A stretch of DNA of 64,000 bases from Cenarchaeum sp. (lineage in GTDB: Archaea; Thermoproteota; Nitrososphaeria; Nitrososphaerales; Nitrosopumilaceae). Shown here piece by piece: positions 9,801 to 20,144 of the stretch. Made by a program: the position numbers and the translations under genes. Position 1 is the stretch's first letter. The number at the start of each line of letters is the position of its first letter. The notes beneath the pieces were generated by a model that searched no databases, was not told the DNA's origin, and was given only the letters and a program-made list of their open reading frames with translations. The stretch lies in contig OZ242221.1 of assembly GCA_965206845.1 (NCBI GenBank), positions 608,001-672,000 on the forward strand. The letters run 5' to 3'.

Positions 9801-10577
9801 CTATCTGCGCCTGTTGGCCCTTCTAGATATGCTTGCCGCAACGGCTCCCGCACCTATGCCGTTGTCTATATTTACAACCGCCATGCCAAGTGCGCAGCTC
9901 TGCAGCATGGATGCCAGGGCGGCAGATCCCTCCCCGCCGTAGCCGTACCCCGCCGACGCCGGCACCCCCACCACCGGCACGTCCACCAGGGACGATATCA
10001 CGGTGGCAAGGGCGCCCTCCATTCCGGCAACCACCACGATGGCGTCCACGTCCTTCTCAATCATGTCGTGCACGCTGGCAAAGACCCGTTGAATTCCCGC
10101 AATTCCCACATCATAGCTTGTGTGGCACTCGCACCCCATGGCCTCGCACACCAGCCTGGCCTCCTCGGCTATCCAGATGTCTGATGTTCCCGCAGTGATT
10201 ATTCCGACGCTGCCGGCGGCCTTTTTTATGGCGGTCTTGTAGATCAGGATCGAGGTGGAGTTCTGCCCGCAGGAGACGCTCCACCCGGAGTCCCTGGCAA
10301 AAGAGACCACCCCGGAGTAGTCGGCCTCCCTGATGCGGGATACGACAACGGAGCCGGACTCGGACATCATGGCCTCGATTATCCCTTTTGTCTCGGAGGC
10401 CGTCTTGCCCTGTGCAAAGACCACCTCGGGGATTCCCCTCCTCTTCTGCCGGTCGATGTCCACCTTTGCAAAGTTGCCCACCTCCTTGATCGAGTAGAGT
10501 GAGAGCATCTTCTCTGCCTGCTGTACGGTAATCTCTCCGGACTGAAGAGATTCCAGAATCTTGCCCAGCTCCAACAT
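9801..10577 (-). CDS. larB: Nickel-pincer cofactor biosynthesis carboxylase/hydrolase LarB
   Basis: RRGIPEVVFAQGKT, AGTSD, DVGIAG, AGMEGAL, VGVP..GYG, ML.SC, VVNIDNG. Confidence 0.9.
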   Translation of the reverse strand: MLELGKILESLQSGEITVQQAEKMLSLYSIKEVGNFAKVDIDRQKRRGIPEVVFAQGKTASETKGIIEAMMSESGSVVVSRIREADYSGVVSFARDSGWSVSCGQNSTSILIYKTAIKKAAGSVGIITAGTSDIWIAEEARLVCEAMGCECHTSYDVGIAGIQRVFASVHDMIEKDVDAIVVVAGMEGALATVISSLVDVPVVGVPASAGYGYGGEGSAALASMLQSCALGMAVVNIDNGIGAGAVAASISRRANRRR

Positions 10578-10610
10578 GCCGTGATACCCCTCTGAGGATA
10601 AATATCTAAT

Positions 10611-11525
10611 CTAGATATCCAGCGATGCGACGGCAGTCCTGACACTCTCTGCCGCTGCATCCATTGTGCGCCTTTCAGAGTCGTTGAGATCCAGATCCAT
10701 GATACTCTCAACGCCACGCCTGCCGATCACCGCAGGAACTCCCAAGACCAGATCGTGATAGCCGTACTCGCCATCAAGATACGTGGAGACCGGTATGAGC
10801 TGCTTTTGATCCTTTACCACGGCCTCGATCATGCTTGCGATGGCGTTTCCCGGAGCGTGGACCGTGGCGCCCTTCGTCTGAATCACCTTGAGGGCGACCT
10901 CCCTTGTGTTCTTGACCATCGCATCCAGTTTTGGCTGCGGGACGAAGGAGCACAGTGGAATTCCGGATACCGACGAGTATCTTGTCAGTGGAAGCATGTG
11001 CTCGCCGTGCTCGCCTATTACCATGGCGCGTATCGAGTTCCGGGAATGGCCCGTGGCCTCGTGAATAAACTGCCTGAACCTGGAGGCATCTAGCATGCCG
11101 CCCATGCCAAAGACCCGATTGCGCTCAAAGCCAGATACCTTGTGCGTGATGTACACCATTGGATCCAGCGGATTTGTTACGGGAATGATTATCGAGTCGG
11201 GAGCAAACTTTGCTATGTTACTCACCACACTCTTTACTATTCCTGCGTTGATCTTCAGCAGATCCATTCTCGTCATGCCGGGTTTTCTCCCCGAGCCTGC
11301 AACAACCACCACGACGTCGGATCCCTCCATGTCCGAGTAGTCGTTGGAGCCCCGGATGGTTACATCAACACCGCGCTCTGAGAGCATGTGGTTGATGTCC
11401 ATGGCCTCGCCCTGCGGGAGACCGTCCACAACATCCAGAAGGAGAATCTCGCGATCCAGCATCTTGAGAGCGGAGAAGACTGCCGCGTCCCCACCCACTT
11501 TGCCAGAGCCGATTATTGTGATCAC
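10611..11525 (-). CDS. mdh: Malate dehydrogenase (LDH-like)
   Basis: [34 protein letters not shown]. Confidence 0.93.
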   Translation of the reverse strand: MITIIGSGKVGGDAAVFSALKMLDREILLLDVVDGLPQGEAMDINHMLSERGVDVTIRGSNDYSDMEGSDVVVVVAGSGRKPGMTRMDLLKINAGIVKSVVSNIAKFAPDSIIIPVTNPLDPMVYITHKVSGFERNRVFGMGGMLDASRFRQFIHEATGHSRNSIRAMVIGEHGEHMLPLTRYSSVSGIPLCSFVPQPKLDAMVKNTREVALKVIQTKGATVHAPGNAIASMIEAVVKDQKQLIPVSTYLDGEYGYHDLVLGVPAVIGRRGVESIMDLDLNDSERRTMDAAAESVRTAVASLDI

Positions 11526-11731
11526 GAAATTAGGTCTTTTGGCTTAATAATTAAACCTAATTGAAGCACCCTCCAAGGGCCCTCGCGTCCGACGCAATGC
11601 GGCAGATGGCTTCGCACGGATCACTCGCACCGCCGATGAGGGGCGGAGAATGCACATGCAGGCGGCTCCCGGCTTGCTGTGCCATGGTGTTTTCCAGCTG
11701 GAGGTACGATCAAAGGACGCAGGCACCTGCG

Positions 11732-12253
11732 TTACTTGTTCTGGAAGTTGCCGTTCCGGTCCAGCAGCATGGATCGCGATCGTATCGTCTTTCTGAACAG
11801 GACGAATCCCAGGGCCGTGGTTACCGCGCCAAACATGATGTTGGCCACGTTTGCGTTCTCGCCGGTGGAGGTCATCGTGAATATCATGCCCATCACCATC
11901 ATGAGCACTCCAAGGCCCGCAAAGATCATCATGACCTGCGGGAGCTTTCTTGGCTGCGGCCTGGGGCCAAACCCCGGGGCGCTCTCGGGTATCGACCCGC
12001 TGACCACGGACTCGTGGCACACGTGGCAGTAGTGCTGGCGCTTGTGCTCCTTTGTGACGGCCTTGAGAAAGTAAAACTCCACGTTGCAGAGGTCGCACGG
12101 CCTTGCCGGGGTGACGATCCTCCCGTACTTGTCAAAGTCCTTGCCCAGGTCAAGCATGCACTTTTTGCAAAAGTATCCGGGAATCTTCCACATGCGCTGG
12201 AACCGGTACTTTTTCCAGCTCAGCGGAACCCCGCATCCGCTACAGTGTGCCAT
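11732..12253 (-). CDS. Hypothetical double zinc-ribbon membrane protein
   Basis: Four CxxC pairs (CSGC, CKKC, CDLC, CHVC) followed by two TM helices. Confidence 0.75.
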   Translation of the reverse strand: MAHCSGCGVPLSWKKYRFQRMWKIPGYFCKKCMLDLGKDFDKYGRIVTPARPCDLCNVEFYFLKAVTKEHKRQHYCHVCHESVVSGSIPESAPGFGPRPQPRKLPQVMMIFAGLGVLMMVMGMIFTMTSTGENANVANIMFGAVTTALGFVLFRKTIRSRSMLLDRNGNFQNK

Positions 12254-12326
12254 TGTTACTCTTCCTTGACTATCAGTCGATCTGTAAGCGACGCCGTCAC
12301 CACTAGAACACCGAAGTGCACCATTA

Positions 12327-14312
12327 CTACTCTTCTTCGATTACTGGTTTATTACCTTTCAGCACCGAACCGATTCCCTTCCTTGCCTCGATTATCGGCA
12401 GGCCGACTATGAAGAAGGTCGCGGCAGATATCCAGCAGACGGCGATCCCGGTCCACAGGGAGAAGAAGCTGAGGTCAAAGACGTAGTTGGCAAAGAAGAG
12501 CGGCAGGGGCCAGATTATTATCAGCACGATGGTCATCAGCCCGCCTCCCTTGAGGCTGAACCTGAACGCCTTCTTGAGCACCTCCTCGTCCTGGTCCAGC
12601 TTGCTTATCTCCTTCTGGGACATCTCCACCAGCTTTATCCTCTCCTTCATCAGCTTCCAGTCGAAGCTTGTGCGCTTTATCAGGCTCCCGAAGACTGCGA
12701 TCGCGCCGCCGGTCAGTATCCCGGCTATGTTGCCAAAGAGCATCGAGAAGTTGTGGCCAAGGCTCGCAAGGGACACGACGCCGCCAAACTCGGGCAGCGA
12801 GGCGGCAACGCCGGCCCAGGTGGTCAGCGCCACTGCCAGGCCCGCAATGGCCCCTATGGTGGCGGCGTACTTGTTGGTGCCCTTCCAGATTATGGTCAGC
12901 GCAATCGGTATCACGGCAGAGCCGATGAGGACGCCCATCGCCAGGTAGACGAATCCCAGGCTCAGTCCCAGCCCCAGCAGCACAACGGCAAGGCCCCCCA
13001 TCCCGAGCCCGAATCCCACGATCGTTACCCGGGAGACGCGCAGCAGCTGCTTGCCGGTGGCGTTGGGGTTCTTGTACGTCCGGTACACGTCGTACGTGAT
13101 TAGCGACGACACCGCGATGAGCTCGGCGGATCCCGCCGACGTCACGGCCATGAACAGCATAGTGAGCACCAAAACGGCGCCGACCTCGCCCATCAGCACG
13201 GTCGCGGCTGCCGGAACGGTCAGGCCCAGCTGGACCTGCTCCGGGGTGAGATCCACCCCAAGCGCCACCGCGGTAAGCCCCATGGTGGTTGCAAGCGTGA
13301 ACGGGATCGCAAACCAGCAGGCGCCCCCCAGGAGGAAGCCCTTGACGGTGGACGTCGGCTGGGCCGCGATCGCCCTCTGCCAGTACGCCTGGTCCACAAA
13401 CACGGTTCCAAAGTTTCCAACTATGTTTATGATCCCAAATATCAGGCCTCCCACGGATGCCATGGTCAGGTAGGCTCCGGCCGCGTTGCCCTCCACGGGA
13501 TTGATTCGCGCAGCCTCGACCAGCTTGTCGTACATCCCCTCGATGCCCCCGGTCACCGGGCTGATAAAGTACACCGTGGCGACAAAGATCAGTATCACGG
13601 AGAATATGATTATGGTATGCATGTAGTCGGCAACAAAGGTGGCCTTGAGCCCCCCCACCAGCGTGTAGATCATCACCCCCATGGGGATCAGAAACGCCGC
13701 AAGTGAGATGTCCATGCCCGTCAGGCCGTTGACCACTGCCGCGCCGCCGAGAAGCAGCATTGCGGTCACTATCATGTTGGTCATCAGCGCGAATATCAGA
13801 AAGACACGGTGGGCACCGTCACCGTATCGTGCTCTAATGATCTCTAGAAACGTGTGCGCATGGGGTGCCTTGCGCTTCAGCTCTATTGCCAGTATGCCAA
13901 ACAGGAGGACCTGTATGGACGCACCGGCTGCGTACCAGAATGGCCCACTGACTCCGTACTGGTAGGCTACCGTCGATGACTGCAGCAGCGTGGCGGCCCA
14001 TGTCCAGGCTGACACGATCGCCGCCGCGGTGAGTCCGGTCTTGATCACCCTTCCTGCGGTGTTGAACCACTCAGAAGTCTTGGTGACGCCGAGGTACTTT
14101 TCCTCGATCTTGATCTCCATTGAGATCACGACCGCGAACACGGCGCCGAGGCCCACTACAATAAACCAGCCCCAGCTCTCGTCGAGCACCTCGCCGATGA
14201 CGAACCCCTCGCTTATGGCGCCCGCGCCAAAAGCGGCCTGCGGAACGACCAGCGCGGCAAGCGCGGCGAGCGCAAGGATGGGCAAAAATTTCCCGCTCCC
14301 TGCCAAAGTCAT
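12327..14312 (-). CDS. Sodium:solute symporter, DUR3-type urea transporter
   Basis: SAWTWAATLLQSS, YGVSGPFWYAAGA, APHAHTFLE, GGLKATF, NFGTVFVDQAYWQRAIA, WFAIPF, all DUR3 signatures. Confidence 0.88.
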   Translation of the reverse strand: MTLAGSGKFLPILALAALAALVVPQAAFGAGAISEGFVIGEVLDESWGWFIVVGLGAVFAVVISMEIKIEEKYLGVTKTSEWFNTAGRVIKTGLTAAAIVSAWTWAATLLQSSTVAYQYGVSGPFWYAAGASIQVLLFGILAIELKRKAPHAHTFLEIIRARYGDGAHRVFLIFALMTNMIVTAMLLLGGAAVVNGLTGMDISLAAFLIPMGVMIYTLVGGLKATFVADYMHTIIIFSVILIFVATVYFISPVTGGIEGMYDKLVEAARINPVEGNAAGAYLTMASVGGLIFGIINIVGNFGTVFVDQAYWQRAIAAQPTSTVKGFLLGGACWFAIPFTLATTMGLTAVALGVDLTPEQVQLGLTVPAAATVLMGEVGAVLVLTMLFMAVTSAGSAELIAVSSLITYDVYRTYKNPNATGKQLLRVSRVTIVGFGLGMGGLAVVLLGLGLSLGFVYLAMGVLIGSAVIPIALTIIWKGTNKYAATIGAIAGLAVALTTWAGVAASLPEFGGVVSLASLGHNFSMLFGNIAGILTGGAIAVFGSLIKRTSFDWKLMKERIKLVEMSQKEISKLDQDEEVLKKAFRFSLKGGGLMTIVLIIIWPLPLFFANYVFDLSFFSLWTGIAVCWISAATFFIVGLPIIEARKGIGSVLKGNKPVIEEE

Positions 14313-14538
14313 GACATTACACACCCGGCAATTTTATTTATCAATTCCAAACGCAACTTTCTTTATATAGCTCAGGACTTGACTGGCCTCCACGATGCGC
14401 CACGGGGCCATCTACTGCACCAAGCCAGGCACAAGGATTATCCCGGATGCGCGTTTTTGTGCACAAATGAAGAGCGCGCGGCCCAGCGCCACGGGATTCC
14501 AGAACAATTTATATGCATTTTTACCAAATTTCTGCGCC

Positions 14539-15768
14539 ATGACACTAATAATAGATCCCCAGGTTGCGGGCATCGCCGGGGACATGCTACTGTGCTCCCT
14601 GGTGGACATGGGCGCGGACGGATCAAGGATAGCGCGAGGGGTCACAAAGGCAGTCTCCATCATGGACGGATCTGCCATCGGTAGCATCGAGTTTGCCGGG
14701 GTGACCAGATGCGGTGTGCGGGCAACGGGCTTGCTGCTAGACATCCAAGAGGAGGCAGAGCCGCGAACCGGCGCCCAGCTTCGATCGTGGATAGCGCAGG
14801 CATCCGGGGAGCTTGGACTGTCTCCTGCGGCAGGCAGCTTTGCGCTTGCCAGTGTTGGCGCCCTGATATCTGCCGAGGCCAGGATCCATGGCCAGGATCC
14901 CGACTCGGTTCATCTCCACGAGACTGCAGGTGCCGACACCGTGGTGGACATCCTGGGCACGGCCATGGCCCTAGAGGATCTGCACCTGTACGGCGGGGAT
15001 GTCTTCTGCTGCCCGGTGGCCGTGGGTGGAGGGACGGTATCGTTCTCACACGGTACAACGTCAAACCCCACAGCAGCCGTGCTGGAGATCCTAAAGGGAA
15101 CCGGCATCGCCATCGCCGGGGGGCAGGCAAGGGCCGAGATGACAACCCCCACGGGAGCCAGCATGCTGGCAAGCCTCAGGCCCGCATACCTGGAGCACTA
15201 TCCCACCGTGCAGGTAGACCGAGTGGGATACGGAGCCGGCACCATGGAGTTTGATGGCTTTGCAAACGTGCTCAAGGTGGTTGCAGGAAGGCGCGCTACG
15301 GAAACAATCCAGGACACGGTGCACATACTTGAGACCAATGTGGACGATGTCTCCGGCGAGCTGCTCGGCGTGACAGTGGAGAGGCTGATGGAGGCCGGTG
15401 CCCGAGACGTAACCGTGGTACCGGGACTGACCAAGAAGGGTCGGCCCACAAATGTGATTACCGTGATATGCGATCATGCGTCAGCGGACCTGCTGCTGGG
15501 ACTCCTGATGGAGGAGACCGGCACGTTGGGTGTCCGGGTGCGCACATCCCGGCGGGTGCTATCTGCCCGGCAGGCCGGAACTGCAGACATATCCATAGAC
15601 GGTCAGGGCTTTACGGCTCGCTACCAAGTGCACGGCAGCTCGGGCCGCTTCAAGGCAGAGTCTGATGACATACGCCGCGTCTCGTCGGCAACGGGGCGCT
15701 CCTTTGGAACCACAGAAGAGTTAATCAGAGCGCAGATACGAAAGATCTTAGATGAACGTGCAGGTTGA
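14539..15768 (+). CDS. larC: Nickel-pincer cofactor nickel insertase LarC
   Basis: GIAGDM, AEARIHG..VHLHE, TPTGA, GYGAG, ETNVDD, KKGRP, ETGTLGVR. Confidence 0.9.
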   Translation: MTLIIDPQVAGIAGDMLLCSLVDMGADGSRIARGVTKAVSIMDGSAIGSIEFAGVTRCGVRATGLLLDIQEEAEPRTGAQLRSWIAQASGELGLSPAAGSFALASVGALISAEARIHGQDPDSVHLHETAGADTVVDILGTAMALEDLHLYGGDVFCCPVAVGGGTVSFSHGTTSNPTAAVLEILKGTGIAIAGGQARAEMTTPTGASMLASLRPAYLEHYPTVQVDRVGYGAGTMEFDGFANVLKVVAGRRATETIQDTVHILETNVDDVSGELLGVTVERLMEAGARDVTVVPGLTKKGRPTNVITVICDHASADLLLGLLMEETGTLGVRVRTSRRVLSARQAGTADISIDGQGFTARYQVHGSSGRFKAESDDIRRVSSATGRSFGTTEELIRAQIRKILDERAG

Positions 15769-16552
15769 GCAGCTGAAGGGCTGGTTCGCTGGAAAGGGCC
15801 GCGTGCTGGTTGCAGTGTCAGGCGGCGTGGACAGCGCGCTGGTGGCATATGCGGCTCACGCAGCACTGGGATCAGACAGCGCCGCGCTGACCGCCGACTA
15901 CAAGACGCTGTCCCAGGACGAGCTGGACTCTGCAAGGCAGGTGTGTTCCCAGATAGGAATACAGCACACCGTCATATCATACAGCGAGCTGGATGACGAG
16001 GGGTTTGTTGCCAACGACCGGGACAGGTGCTTTCATTGCAGGACCCAGCTGGGGCGGCGCCTGCAGCAGTTTGCCACGGAGGGCTCGTTTCAGATAGTTG
16101 TGGATGGAACAAACCTGGATGATCTTGGGGACTTTCGTCCAGGCATAGAGGCGTTACGGGGGTACCATGTGCGAAGTCCGCTGCTGGAGACAGGGTTTGC
16201 AAAGTCCGACGTCAGGGCAGCCGCCATGGAGGCCGGGCTTGCGGTGCATGACCGTCCCTCAAACTCGTGCCTGGCATCTAGAATTCCGTGGGGTCAGCGC
16301 GTCACAGCCGGAAGCCTTGAGCGCATCGAGCTTGGCGAGGATGCGGTGAAGCGGATCACCGGGGCGCGGACAGTCAGAGTCCGTGACATAGGCGGCACGG
16401 CCAGGATAGAGCTGGGAGCCGACGAGCTCGCCCTTCTCTCGCAGGATGCCAAGCTGGAGATATCCCGGAGGCTAAAATCCACGGGATTCAGCTCCGTGGA
16501 GTTTGATCCTGAAGGCTACAGACAGGGAAAGGCAAACGTGATGTCCGGTTGA
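15752..16552 (+). CDS. larE: ATP-dependent sulfur transferase LarE
   Basis: PP-loop SGGVDS, RCFHC, DGTNLDD..D.RPG, SPL, SCLASRIP.G, RVR, GYRQG. Confidence 0.92.
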   Translation: MNVQVEQLKGWFAGKGRVLVAVSGGVDSALVAYAAHAALGSDSAALTADYKTLSQDELDSARQVCSQIGIQHTVISYSELDDEGFVANDRDRCFHCRTQLGRRLQQFATEGSFQIVVDGTNLDDLGDFRPGIEALRGYHVRSPLLETGFAKSDVRAAAMEAGLAVHDRPSNSCLASRIPWGQRVTAGSLERIELGEDAVKRITGARTVRVRDIGGTARIELGADELALLSQDAKLEISRRLKSTGFSSVEFDPEGYRQGKANVMSG

Positions 16553-17703
16553 TCTATCTTGACAATGCGGCATCCACCGTGACATCAGACGAGGTCATAT
16601 CGGAGATGCTTCCGTACCTTGGCTCCCACTACGGCAACCCCTCGTCGCTGCACCGGTACGGTCGGCGGTCAGAGAGGGCGCTGCGGCAGGGACGGCTCCA
16701 GATAGCGGGGATTGTCAACGCATCCCCCGCCGAGATCCTCATCACGTCCGGGGCGACCGAGTCCAACAATACAGCGATAAGCGGAGCTGCCGCGCTGCAT
16801 CCAGGGGGCCACATAATCACATCTGCCATCGAGCATGACGCGGTACTTGAGCCGTGTGCGCGCCTCGAGTCTGCAGGGTTCTCCGTGTCGTACGTTCCCG
16901 TAGGAGGTGACGGGATTATAGACCCCGACGATGTGCAGCGGGCAGTTACCGACAGGACGTTTCTGGCATCTGTCATGCTTGCAAACAACGAGGTGGGAAC
17001 CGTTCAGCCCATATCCGAGATATCCCGCATCTGCAGGGAGCACGGCATCCTGCTGCACACCGACGCGGTGCAGGCGGTGGGAAAAATTTCAGTCGACGTC
17101 AACAGACTGGGCGTCGACATGCTCTCCATGTCCTCCCACAAGATCAACGGTCCCAAGGGAGTCGGAGCCCTGTACATAAGGAGTGGGGTTCGCATCATGC
17201 CGATGATCCTTGGAGGCGGCCAGGAGGGCGGAATGCGCTCAGGCACGGAGAACGTGGCTGGCGTGGTGGGGTTTGGAAAGGCGTGCCAGATGGCGCGCGA
17301 CGACGCCCGCCGCCTGCACATGATGCAGCTTCGCGACCTTCTTGTGGAGATGGTGCTAAAGGAGATACCCTACACGACATACAACGGGAACCGGAACCAA
17401 AGGATACCGGACAATGCCCACTTTACGTTTCTTGGCGTAAGCGGGGAGGATCTGATCATAAAGCTGGACGAGGAGGGGATCGCAGCATCCACCGGCTCTG
17501 CCTGCTCGATCAGAACGCAGAAGGAGTCGCATGTGCTCCGGGCCATGGGACTTGATCACGAACACATAACAGGCTCGCTGAGGCTTACGGTGGGGGTGCA
17601 CAATACCCGCCAGGAGATGGTGCAGGCGGCAGGGGCGCTCAAAAAAGTCGTGGCTCAGCTGCGCGCCGTATCCCCGTTCAAGGAAAAGTACAGGTTTGGT
17701 TAA
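16549..17703 (+). CDS. iscS: Cysteine desulfurase (IscS/NifS)
   Basis: YLDNAA, GNPSS, TSGATE, IEH, HTDAVQ, SHKINGPKG, RSGTEN, GSACS. Confidence 0.92.
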   Translation: MIYLDNAASTVTSDEVISEMLPYLGSHYGNPSSLHRYGRRSERALRQGRLQIAGIVNASPAEILITSGATESNNTAISGAAALHPGGHIITSAIEHDAVLEPCARLESAGFSVSYVPVGGDGIIDPDDVQRAVTDRTFLASVMLANNEVGTVQPISEISRICREHGILLHTDAVQAVGKISVDVNRLGVDMLSMSSHKINGPKGVGALYIRSGVRIMPMILGGGQEGGMRSGTENVAGVVGFGKACQMARDDARRLHMMQLRDLLVEMVLKEIPYTTYNGNRNQRIPDNAHFTFLGVSGEDLIIKLDEEGIAASTGSACSIRTQKESHVLRAMGLDHEHITGSLRLTVGVHNTRQEMVQAAGALKKVVAQLRAVSPFKEKYRFG

Positions 17704-17721
17704 GTACTGCCGGCGCTCTGG

Positions 17722-18549
17722 CTAGCGGAACCCCGAGGTGCCAAACAGGCCGGGCCTCTTCATTGCAGCCACGGCGGCAAAGCCCAGCGCAAATACTATC
17801 AGCGCCACGGTGCCGAACTCAGGAACCGCCCTAGTACCTATTATCTCGATGATGGTCTCGCCCCGGATAAAGTCAAAGTCCACAGTTCTGGAGATTGTGC
17901 TGGTTCCGGTCTCCTCGTGCGGCACTTGGACATCATCTATCCTGACGATAAAGTTCTCATTGCTGCCGTTCATGTCCTTTGCGTCAATCAGGGCCACCGG
18001 AAGGTTCAGGGAGATGTTGCCGTCCGTCTCCGAGCTGATGCGCAGCACGATGCTGAGATCCTCGACTGTCATTCTCATGCTGTTCACCGTCCCGCCGGAT
18101 ATGCTGCACCTTACCTCCACCTCTCCAAGGGCACCCCCGTCAACTGTCTGCGTGCAGTCTGCGCGAATCGGATCATCTCCATTGGTCGGCAGCCTGGCTT
18201 CCGTTATGAAAAACTCCGCCTTCGCCGTCGAATCGGAATAATGGGCCACTACAGAGTACCGGCCAGGCGTGCTCCACCGATCCCCTCCGGTGTTAAATAT
18301 GTAGGCAAATGTTCCATCCTGCGCCACCGTGGACTGGCCCACATCCAGCCGGTTGTCGTTCGTGCTGAACACCTGTAGTATTATCGGGTGCTCGATTAGC
18401 GCCGCAGAGACGGTACCCGAGACCACTATGCTCTCCCCCTGGGCAAAAGACTGCTGATTTACCGTTACAGTCACCGTCTGGCTCTGCGCGTATGCAGGTA
18501 TTGTGACAACCAGTAACATCAGGCCGGCAACGGCCAAGTAGCTCCTCAT
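17722..18549 (-). CDS. PEFG-CTERM surface protein 1
   Basis: Signal peptide (..PAYA), beta-rich acidic body, VPEFG + TM + basic tail. Confidence 0.88.
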   Translation of the reverse strand: MRSYLAVAGLMLLVVTIPAYAQSQTVTVTVNQQSFAQGESIVVSGTVSAALIEHPIILQVFSTNDNRLDVGQSTVAQDGTFAYIFNTGGDRWSTPGRYSVVAHYSDSTAKAEFFITEARLPTNGDDPIRADCTQTVDGGALGEVEVRCSISGGTVNSMRMTVEDLSIVLRISSETDGNISLNLPVALIDAKDMNGSNENFIVRIDDVQVPHEETGTSTISRTVDFDFIRGETIIEIIGTRAVPEFGTVALIVFALGFAAVAAMKRPGLFGTSGFR

Positions 18550-18665
18550 AACCCTATTCAACAACGGATTGTATATTTCCTTTACTGATGGACAAACTAA
18601 TTACAGCATACGGTTAGGAATCCATGATACACTAACGTTAAATAGCACGCCTAAATCTAAGATAC

Positions 18666-19508
18666 ATGGATATCCGTATTGCAACATTTGCTTTAAGCGC
18701 ACTCTTAATTGCAGGCATTGCATCCGCGCCAGTATTCGGACAGACTACCTCGGCAATAGCTATTATTACCGATCAGGAATCCTACACGAACGGCGACACG
18801 ATCACAGTCACAGGCAACATCAATGCGAACACAGGAGACGGACTGACCATACAGGTCATAAGCCCGACAGGTAACATAGTAGCAGTAGGCCAAGCAGACG
18901 TAGCTTCTGATGGAGCGTTTGAGACCACGATTGCCACAGGCTCCCTGTGGTCGGTACATGGAACATACACCATAAAGGTGCAGTATGGCGATACCAGATC
19001 AGGCGAGACAACCATCGAGTTTACTGCCGCTAGTCCACCCGACACAGGCGGCACAGGAGATATGGAAGTAGAGCTGACAGGCGAGTACCTCTTCACTGTA
19101 GGTGAAGACGAGGTCAGCATACGATACGATTCAGGAACCAACACCATTGTTGCAATGGCAGCTAACCTGGATTCTAAGAGCCTAGTAATCGAGGTGGACG
19201 TAGCCAATGACGGCGAGATCGTCATTGCCTTGCCCAGACATCTAATCGATGCCAAGAACGCTGACGGCACCGATGCTGCATACATCGTTCTAGTGGACGG
19301 TGAGGAGACATGGGTCACAGAGGTTGCAGGCGAGGCAGCAAGAACGCTGACCATACCGGTCAGTGCAGGAGCGCAGGAGATTGAGATCTTTGGCACATTC
19401 ATAGTTCCAGAGTTCGGCACCATTGCCATACTGATTCTGGCGGCTGCAATAGTCTCGATAATAGTGGTCTCTGGTAGGACAAGACTGTCCATCATGCCCA
19501 GATACTAG
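18666..19508 (+). CDS. PEFG-CTERM surface protein 2
   Basis: Signal peptide, VPEFGTIAILIL TM, RTRLSIMPRY tail. Confidence 0.9.
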   Translation: MDIRIATFALSALLIAGIASAPVFGQTTSAIAIITDQESYTNGDTITVTGNINANTGDGLTIQVISPTGNIVAVGQADVASDGAFETTIATGSLWSVHGTYTIKVQYGDTRSGETTIEFTAASPPDTGGTGDMEVELTGEYLFTVGEDEVSIRYDSGTNTIVAMAANLDSKSLVIEVDVANDGEIVIALPRHLIDAKNADGTDAAYIVLVDGEETWVTEVAGEAARTLTIPVSAGAQEIEIFGTFIVPEFGTIAILILAAAIVSIIVVSGRTRLSIMPRY

Positions 19509-19519
19509 ATGTATCGGCA

Positions 19520-19533
19520 TTTTTCATTTTTTT
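19520..19533 (+). terminator. Oligo-T archaeal terminator
   Basis: TTTTTCATTTTTTT just after the stop. Confidence 0.6.
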
Positions 19534-19625
19534 AACTAAGCGCAGCTGCACAACCTGAGGTCAGGCCGCGCAGGCAGTGGTGTACAAGACCGGATCTGTC
19601 ACTCGGGCACACGCCCAGAAGAGTT

Positions 19626-20144
19626 TTAGCCACTAATCCGATGCAGCAGTGCCCGAGCACCCAGGATTATGCTGTGGAGCTTGACCCAGCCCCTCTTGGT
19701 TTTCACGCTGTCGGTCCGCACGTCATACCACCGGACGAAGCTGCTGTCAGAGTATCCTGTGCTGTCCCCCGCCACCGATCCTGCAGATATCTCGCAGATG
19801 GCCCTGCGGTGCACCTCCGTCAGGTACCAGTCAGGGATGAGGCCGTAGGCGCGGGCAATGGTGCTCTTGGAGGGAATCTTGCGCAGTCCGATCTTCACGA
19901 CGGTGCCGCGGTTGTTTCGGAGATGGCCGACCATCTTGCGATAGGTCTTGCGCTCGGCCTCCATGACTATGCATACTGTGGCCATGGCCCTGGGCGGATA
20001 TGCAGTCATGCCGCCCAGGCCGGGCCTGGCAGTATACGGGTCGCCCAGGTCATTGACTATTTTCAGAATCGTGTTGAGGATTAGACCGGGCAGGTATTGC
20101 TGAATCAGGTCGTACTGTCGTTGATCGCGTTTCCTTTCAGACAC
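19626..20144 (-). pseudogene. Transposase fragment, N-terminal half only
   Basis: Aligns to the 46122 transposase up to RGWVKLHSI and then diverges; lacks the second Asp and the YREK Glu. Confidence 0.85.
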
